From NCBI RefSeq assembly GCF_042660085.1, contig NZ_JBHSTI010000008.1:1869876-1901875 (forward strand): a DNA stretch of 32,000 bases, read 5' to 3'. The position numbers and the translations under genes are program-made. This stretch comes from Longivirga aurantiaca (lineage in GTDB: Bacteria > Actinomycetota > Actinomycetes > S36-B12 > CAIYMF01). This document shows, piece by piece, positions 26,999 through 32,000 of the stretch. The stretch's first letter is position 1. Each line of letters opens with the position of its first letter. The notes under the pieces are model-generated. The model was not told where the DNA came from. It saw nothing but the letters and a program-made list of their open reading frames with translations, and did not search any database.

Positions 26999-27928
26999 AT
27001 GGGCGACGCATTCCTCTGGGTCGGGCTGGCGGCCGTCTTCCTCGGCATCGTCGGCGTCTTCCTCGCCTTCGCGGGCGGCCGGGAGCAGACGGGCGTGGCC
27101 CGCTCCCTCGCAGCGGTCGAGGCCATCCGCGCCGCGCCGAAGAGCATGCGCGACGACCTCGACAAGCCGTTCGGCGAGCGCGTCGGCCAGCCCTTCTTCG
27201 CGGGGCTCACCCGCCTCGGCCGCCGGTTCACGCCGAGCGACCAGACCGCGCGCATGCGTCGGCGGCTCGATCTCGCCGGCAACCCGCCCGGGTGGGACAG
27301 CGACCGCATCATCGCGTTCAAGATGCTCGGACTCATCGTCGGCGGCGCGCTCGGCTTCTTCCTGCCGCTCCTCCTCGGGAGCCCCCTGTGGGCGGTCGTC
27401 CTCGGCATCGGCCTGGCGTTGCTGGGCTTCTGGGTTCCGAACATCGTCCTGTACCAGACCGCCTACAACCGGTCGGAGCGGATCCTCAAGGACCTCCCCG
27501 ACGCGCTCGACCTGCTCGTGATCTCGGTCGAGTCCGGCCTCGGGTTCGACGCCGCGCTCTCCCAGGTGGCCCGCAATACCGAGGGTCCGCTCGCGGAGGA
27601 GTTCTTCCGTGTGCTCCAGGAGATGCAGCTCGGCACCTCCCGGGCGGACTCGCTCCGGGCCCTCGGTGAGCGCAGCGACGTCTCGGACCTCCGCGGCTTC
27701 ATCACGGCCATGGTGCAGGCCGACAGCTTCGGCATCCCGGTCGCGAACGTCCTGCGCATCCAGGCGCGCGAGATGCGGACCCGGCGCTCTCAGCGCGCCG
27801 AGGAGGCCGCGCAGAAGGTGCCGGTCAAGATCCTGTTCCCGCTGATCTTCTGCATCCTGCCCGTGCTGTTCATCGCCATCCTCGGGCCGGCCGTCATCCA
27901 GATCGCCGACGCCTTCAGCGAGTTCTAG
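26999..27928 (+). CDS. TadC-type T2SSF inner-membrane protein
   Basis: LKDLPDALDLLVISVESGLGFDAALSQVARNTEGPLAEEFFRVLQEMQLGTSRADSLRALGERSDVSDLRGFITAMVQADSFGIPVANVLRIQAREMRTRRSQRAEE. Confidence 0.92.
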   Translation: MGDAFLWVGLAAVFLGIVGVFLAFAGGREQTGVARSLAAVEAIRAAPKSMRDDLDKPFGERVGQPFFAGLTRLGRRFTPSDQTARMRRRLDLAGNPPGWDSDRIIAFKMLGLIVGGALGFFLPLLLGSPLWAVVLGIGLALLGFWVPNIVLYQTAYNRSERILKDLPDALDLLVISVESGLGFDAALSQVARNTEGPLAEEFFRVLQEMQLGTSRADSLRALGERSDVSDLRGFITAMVQADSFGIPVANVLRIQAREMRTRRSQRAEEAAQKVPVKILFPLIFCILPVLFIAILGPAVIQIADAFSEF

Positions 27929-27956
27929 CAGCTCTGGTCCCCGCCGCCCGGGTCGA

Positions 27957-27972
27957 CCGCACGGTCGTGCGG
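27957..27972. terminator. Short hairpin between convergent tadC and the DnaB-like ATPase gene
   Basis: CCGCAC-GGTC-GTGCGG, immediately 3' of both ORFs. Confidence 0.55.
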
Positions 27973-27977
27973 GGTGG

Positions 27978-28994
27978 CTACTCCACGAACAGTCGCGCGT
28001 CGACCAGCTGCTCGGTGACGAGCTCTCCTGCGCGCTCGTACCTCGCCTGCTCGAAGCGCTTGCGGAACTCGAGGTCGACGCCGGCCATGCCGCCGCGGTT
28101 CTTCTCGATGGTCAGCACCGCGAACTGGTGGAAGCGCTCGACGTTCGCGGCGCCGTAGACCAGGTGGTGCCGGGCCACGACGTCGTACTTCTCGTTGAGC
28201 ACGAGCACGACGTCGGCCTCGTAGGCGAGGCTCGAGGCGCCGCGGAGGTTCTGCGTCCGCAGCCGCTTGCCCTCGGAGATGCCGGCCGCGTCGCTCGCGG
28301 AGATCGCGAGCACAGGCACGGACTCGGTCAGCGCGAGGTCCTTGAGCCCTCCCGCGACGTGCGCCATGCGGCGCTCCTCGTCGACCGCGCGCTCGCCCTC
28401 CATCGCGATCTTCTGCACGTAGTCGACGACCACGAGCGGGCGCAGCCCGCCCGTCCTCGCCACCTCGCGCACAGCGGCCTCGATGTCGGTGACCGACGTG
28501 TCGACGCCGCCGCGCAGCACGTGCAGGCGGTCGAGGCCGACCGAGACCGCAGCCAGCGCCTCGGCGCCTCCCGGCGTCTCCGCGAGCTTGTCCGACAGCG
28601 ACATCGACGTGCCGTCGCCCTCGAGCAGTGCCCGCACCGAGCGCAGCGGCACGGCGTCGACCCCGGCGCGCTCCCCCGCCTCGGCCGCAACGAGGCGTTC
28701 GAGGAGGTTGACCGAGTCGTGCTCGTACGACACGTAGAGGACGGCGTGGCCGCCCGCGATGGCCTGCCGGGCGATCTGAAGCGCGAACGTGGTCTTGCCC
28801 ATGCCCTGGGGGCCGCCGAGCAGGATCAGCTCGCCGGGGCGCAGACCGCCCGACAGGTAGCTGTCGAGCGGCATGAAACCCGTCGACCAGGGGGCCTGGG
28901 TCGCAGCCTCGCCCCGTCGGAGACGCGCGTCCGTCTCATCGAGCACGTCCGAGAGCCGCGCGAGCCGGCTGAACTGCGGGGTGTCTGCGGTCAT
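27978..28994 (-). CDS. DnaB C-terminal/KaiC-like RecA-fold ATPase, standalone
   Basis: STGFMPLDSYLSGGLRPGELILLGGPQGMGKTTFALQIARQAIAGGHAVLYVSYEH, Walker B LRPLVVVDYVQKI, LAISASDAAGISEGKRLRTQNLRGASSLAYEADVVLVLNEK. AGGAGG upstream of ATG 28994. Confidence 0.85.
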   Translation of the reverse strand: MTADTPQFSRLARLSDVLDETDARLRRGEAATQAPWSTGFMPLDSYLSGGLRPGELILLGGPQGMGKTTFALQIARQAIAGGHAVLYVSYEHDSVNLLERLVAAEAGERAGVDAVPLRSVRALLEGDGTSMSLSDKLAETPGGAEALAAVSVGLDRLHVLRGGVDTSVTDIEAAVREVARTGGLRPLVVVDYVQKIAMEGERAVDEERRMAHVAGGLKDLALTESVPVLAISASDAAGISEGKRLRTQNLRGASSLAYEADVVLVLNEKYDVVARHHLVYGAANVERFHQFAVLTIEKNRGGMAGVDLEFRKRFEQARYERAGELVTEQLVDARLFVE

Positions 28995-29040
28995 CCTCCT
29001 ATGCTGGCAGAACCCGCCGTCCCAGGAGGCGGGCACGGCG

Positions 29041-29109
29041 ATGACCGTCGGCGTGGCGCCGCCCCCCGACGGGTCGAGGCACGCGCCGGTGTGCCACCGT
29101 CAGCACTGA
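29041..29109 (+). CDS. Putative 22-codon upstream ORF coupled to the histidine kinase gene
   Basis: ATG...TGA encoding MTVGVAPPPDGSRHAPVCHRQH; AGGAGG 13 nt upstream; its TGA overlaps the kinase ATG (TGATG). Confidence 0.35.
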   Translation: MTVGVAPPPDGSRHAPVCHRQH

Positions 29110-30734
29110 TGAGCACGAGCAGCCCGGGCGGACCCGGATGGGCGCCCGAACCCGCAGAGTCCACGAGCACCGTGGTGCGCTTCGGCGTGCTCGCCCTGGT
29201 CGGGCTGCTGTGCTACCTCAACGGGCTGGCCGGAGCGACGGTGCCGGTGCGGGACCTCGCCCTGCTCGCAGGCATCGCGGTGCTCGCCAGCCTCCCCCTC
29301 CCGCGCGGCTGGACGATCCTGCGGTGGCGGCCCCTGGCCGAGGCGGTGGCTGCGGGAGCGGTCATCGGGCTCACCGACCCGCTCCAGACCGCGCTGCTGC
29401 CGTATCTGATCGTCCCGCCGCTCGCTGCCGGCCTCGTCTCCGGCATCAGCTTCGCCCTGCTCGCGTCGGCGCTGTCGGTGGCCGCGCTCGCGGGTGGTCG
29501 CGCCGCCGTGGGCGACCTGCTCACCGGCACGGCGTCGGTGACGGCCATCGCGCCCTGGGTCGGCATCGGCGTGGCGACCGGCGTGATCGGCGGGTGGGCG
29601 CGCCGGGTGACGGCCCGCGAGCGCGAGGCGACGTCGACCTACGTCACGGCGCACGGCCTGCTGACACGGCTGCGCGAGGTCGCCCGTGCCCTGCCGACCG
29701 GCCTCGACGAGGTGGCGCTCGCCCAGCAGGTCCTCACCGCGATGAGCGACGAGGTCGAGTTCGACCGGGGCGCTCTGTACGGATCGGCCGGCGGCGGCGT
29801 GCTCATGCCGTTGGCGTACTACGGCGCCGATCACATCGAGTGGGTGCCCGACGTCGACGAGGGCGTCTGGGCGCGGGTCTGGTCCTCCGGCCGGGCGCTG
29901 CAGCAGAGCGGCACCTTCTCCGACCCGTCCACCGGGCACTCGGCCGTGCTCGCCCTCAGCCTGGGCGACAGGCGCGTGGGTCTCGTGGGCATGGAGCGGG
30001 CGGGCGGCCCGTGGGGCCGGCGCGAGATCGCCCGCGCCCAGCAGCTCGTGGACGAGGCCGCGCTCCGGATCGACACGGGCCAGCTGTTCAGCGAGGTCCG
30101 CGCGCTGGCAACGGTCGAGGAACGGCGACGGCTCGCTCGCGAGATCCACGACGGCGTGGCCCAGGAGGTCGCCGCCCTGGGGTTCGTCGTGGACGACCTG
30201 ACGGCCCGCACGACCGATGTCGAGATCCGCGAGGACCTCCGTGGACTGCGCGACGAGCTGACCCGGATCGTGAGCGAGCTGCGCCTGTCGATCTTCGACC
30301 TGCGCAGCGACGTCCAGCCCTCCGCCGGCCTTGGCGCCGCCCTCACGGGCTACGTCCGGAGCGTCGGCGCCGGCTCCGGCCTCACGGTGCACCTGGTGCT
30401 CGACGAGTCCCCGTACCGCCTGCCGATCGAGGCGGAGACCGAGATCCTGCGCGTCGCGCAGGAGGCGATCACCAACGCGCGCAAGCACGCGCGGGCGCGC
30501 AACCTGTGGGTCACCTGCCGGGTCGATCCGCCCCGTGCGTTCCTGCGGGTGGCCGACGACGGCCGCGGCATGGGGACCGCGCGCACGGACTCGTTCGGCC
30601 TCGACGTCATGCGCGAACGGACCGCGCGCCTCGGCGCGAGCCTGACCATCCGGCAGCGGGTGGGCGGTGGGACGGTCGTCGAGGTCACGCTCGGGGGCAG
30701 TGCCGACACCCGTCGCACGAGGTCCACCGCCTGA
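29109..30734 (+). CDS. Membrane sensor histidine kinase (HisKA_3/NarL-class, with GAF-like domain)
   Basis: N-terminal TM helices, GAF-like region (LTAMSDEVEFDRGALYGSAG...), H-box RRRLAREIHDGVAQEVAALGFVVDDL, ATPase motifs ITNARKHARARN, VADDGRGMG, FGLDVMRERTARLGASLTI. Confidence 0.92.
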   Translation: MSTSSPGGPGWAPEPAESTSTVVRFGVLALVGLLCYLNGLAGATVPVRDLALLAGIAVLASLPLPRGWTILRWRPLAEAVAAGAVIGLTDPLQTALLPYLIVPPLAAGLVSGISFALLASALSVAALAGGRAAVGDLLTGTASVTAIAPWVGIGVATGVIGGWARRVTAREREATSTYVTAHGLLTRLREVARALPTGLDEVALAQQVLTAMSDEVEFDRGALYGSAGGGVLMPLAYYGADHIEWVPDVDEGVWARVWSSGRALQQSGTFSDPSTGHSAVLALSLGDRRVGLVGMERAGGPWGRREIARAQQLVDEAALRIDTGQLFSEVRALATVEERRRLAREIHDGVAQEVAALGFVVDDLTARTTDVEIREDLRGLRDELTRIVSELRLSIFDLRSDVQPSAGLGAALTGYVRSVGAGSGLTVHLVLDESPYRLPIEAETEILRVAQEAITNARKHARARNLWVTCRVDPPRAFLRVADDGRGMGTARTDSFGLDVMRERTARLGASLTIRQRVGGGTVVEVTLGGSADTRRTRSTA

Positions 30735-30807
30735 CACGGGTGCGTCCCCGTCCCACCCGCAATGGCCGCATGACATGATCGGCGGGACACCGAGGGGGCC
30801 GGCTCCG

Positions 30808-31449
30808 ATGACGATCAGCGTGCTGCTCGTGGACGACCACGAGCTCATCCGCCAGGGCCTGCGTCGCGCGTTCGAGCGCGACGGTGACTTCACCGTCGCA
30901 GGCGAGGCGGGCTCGCTCGCGGACGCCCGCCGCCTCATCGCGCTCATGCACCCGGACGTCGTGATCCTCGACGTACGGCTCCCCGACGGCAACGGGATCG
31001 AGGCCTGCCGGACGCTGCGCAACGACGACCCCGAGCTCGGCATCGTCATCCTCACGATGTACGCCGGCGACGACACCCTCTTCGACGCCCTCGAGGCCGG
31101 CGCCTCGGCCTTCGTGCCGAAGAACGCGCCGTCCGAGGACGTCGTTGCTGCAGCGCGGCACGCGTCCAGCGCACCGCGCTCGTTCACCTCGGCCGACCTC
31201 AACGAGGCCATGCGCCGCAAGATGTCGCCGACCGGGCCGCAACTGAGCCCGCGTGAGAAGGAGGTCCTGGGCCTGCTCGCCGACGGCCTCGGCGTCGCCC
31301 AGATCAGCCGCCAGCTGTTCATCAGCGAGTCCACGACCAAGACGCACATCAGCAAGCTCTACGACAAGCTCGGAGCGGGCAACAGGGCTCAGGCGCTCAT
31401 GACGGCCCTGCGCCTCGGGCTCCTCAAGCGCGACGAGCCCGGCCTCTGA
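30808..31449 (+). CDS. LuxR/NarL-family response regulator
   Basis: Receiver VLLVDDHELIRQGLRRAFERDGD...VVILDVRLPDGNGIEAC; HTH SPREKEVLGLLADGLGVAQISRQLFISESTTKTHISKLYDKLGAGNRAQAL. Confidence 0.95.
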   Translation: MTISVLLVDDHELIRQGLRRAFERDGDFTVAGEAGSLADARRLIALMHPDVVILDVRLPDGNGIEACRTLRNDDPELGIVILTMYAGDDTLFDALEAGASAFVPKNAPSEDVVAAARHASSAPRSFTSADLNEAMRRKMSPTGPQLSPREKEVLGLLADGLGVAQISRQLFISESTTKTHISKLYDKLGAGNRAQALMTALRLGLLKRDEPGL

Positions 31450-31530
31450 GCCTCGGGCGGCTCCAGCCCGTCGTCACAGCGTGACGCGGCGACCGGTCAC
31501 TAGTTCCAATGGGTGACCAGATGATCACGA

Positions 31531-31550
31531 ATCGTCCGAACGACCGACCC
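31531..31550 (+). promoter_or_regulatory. Tad-unit-associated motif, copy 3 (upstream of flp pilin)
   Basis: ATCGTCCGAACGACCGACCC; 17/20 identical to the copy upstream of cpaB. Confidence 0.55.
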
Positions 31551-31651
31551 CCATCCGGCTTGACGAGGGAGTCCGCGGTCACGCTCCGCTGCGATAGTGA
31601 ACTCAGCGCCCCGGGCATCGGGGGGAACCACGCAACTGGAGGGGCACTCCC

Positions 31652-31834
31652 ATGATCACTCGAATCCGCACCACGCTTCGTCGCGACGAGGGCGCCTCGG
31701 CAGTGGAGTACGGCCTGCTCGTGGCCGCCATCGCCGCGATCATCGTCGCCGTCGTCTTCCTGCTCGGCAACCGCGTGAACTCGGCCTTCAGCAAGACCAA
31801 CTCCTGCATCTCGACCACGGGCGTTGGCTGCTGA
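31652..31834 (+). CDS. flp: Flp-family type IVb pilin
   Basis: MITRIRTTLRRDEGASAVEYGLLVAAIAAIIVAVVFLLGNRVNSAFSKTNSCISTTGVGC: class IVb prepilin site G|ASAVEY with Glu5; GGAG RBS upstream. Confidence 0.95.
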   Translation: MITRIRTTLRRDEGASAVEYGLLVAAIAAIIVAVVFLLGNRVNSAFSKTNSCISTTGVGC

Positions 31835-31849
31835 CGCAGCACTGACCAC

Positions 31850-31887
31850 CGAGGGGGTCGTCGGGCAGCCGCCCGGCGGCCCCCTCG
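31850..31887 (+). terminator. Very stable hairpin immediately downstream of the pilin gene
   Basis: CGAGGGGGTCGTCGGGC-AGCC-GCCCGGCGGCCCCCTCG: 17-bp stem including two G-U pairs, no U-tract after it. Confidence 0.75.
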
Positions 31888-31948
31888 ATCATGTCCGTGA
31901 CCGCGAGGCCGCGGGCGCACAGGCACCGGACGAGGAGACAGGGACGAC

Positions 31949-32000
31949 GATGAGCGAGACCGCTCCGGAGCAGACCCTCGAGCGCGCCGCCGCCAGCCGG
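31949..32000 (+). CDS. Possible start of next ORF (truncated by window edge)
   Basis: ATGAGCGAGACCGCTCCGGAGCAGACC... -> MSETAPEQTLERAAASR; GAGG/AGGGACGACG upstream. Too short to classify. Confidence 0.35.

Noticed and set aside
24127-27444. 1105-aa minus-strand ORF opposite cpaF/VWA-tadB/tadC
   Set aside because: Antisense shadow of strongly conserved Tad genes; composition (long D/R/G/V-rich runs) has no recognisable domain.
29100-31355. 751-aa minus-strand ORF opposite the histidine kinase and response regulator
   Set aside because: Antisense shadow ORF; the plus-strand two-component proteins carry all expected motifs.
1-32000. CRISPR arrays, tRNA/rRNA genes, transposases, integrases, phage genes, toxin-antitoxin or known defence systems
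   Set aside because: None recognised by eye on either strand; all substantial coding regions are assigned to metabolism, transport, regulation or the Tad pilus.

Overview
High-GC actinobacterial chromosomal segment, probably Cellulomonadaceae-like (inference from style and gene content only). Two kinds of content are interleaved. (1) A housekeeping/central-metabolism neighbourhood: MMPL transporter end, YqeY-like protein, ogt, Ada-AlkA fusion, type II DAHP synthase, 6-phosphofructokinase with PPi-type signature residues, glycerol kinase, PlsC-like acyltransferase, alpha/beta hydrolase, ROK glucokinase, ArsA/GET3-like ATPase, SRPBCC proteins, metallophosphoesterase, long-chain acyl-CoA ligase and an ABC exporter. 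(2) A dispersed Flp/Tad pilus system: TadE plus a TadG-like protein at 10.2-12.1 kb; CpaB, CpaE/TadZ, CpaF/TadA, a VWA-TadB fusion and TadC at 21.6-27.9 kb; an antisense DnaB/KaiC-like ATPase; a histidine kinase and LuxR-type response regulator; and a Flp pilin at 31.65 kb. The most interesting observation is a ~20-bp sequence, consensus ATCGyCCGAAyGnnyG(n)ACCC, found upstream of each of the three separated Tad transcription units. It is a candidate regulon operator, possibly for the locally encoded response regulator. Other points: a 1-nt frameshift in a C7/G7 tract of the glucokinase gene, a VWA domain fused to TadB, a coupled 22-codon upstream ORF at the histidine kinase, a strong hairpin behind the pilin gene, and a tail-anchored zinc-ribbon protein encoded near a GET3/ArsA-like ATPase. 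No tRNA, rRNA, CRISPR array or transposon was recognised.
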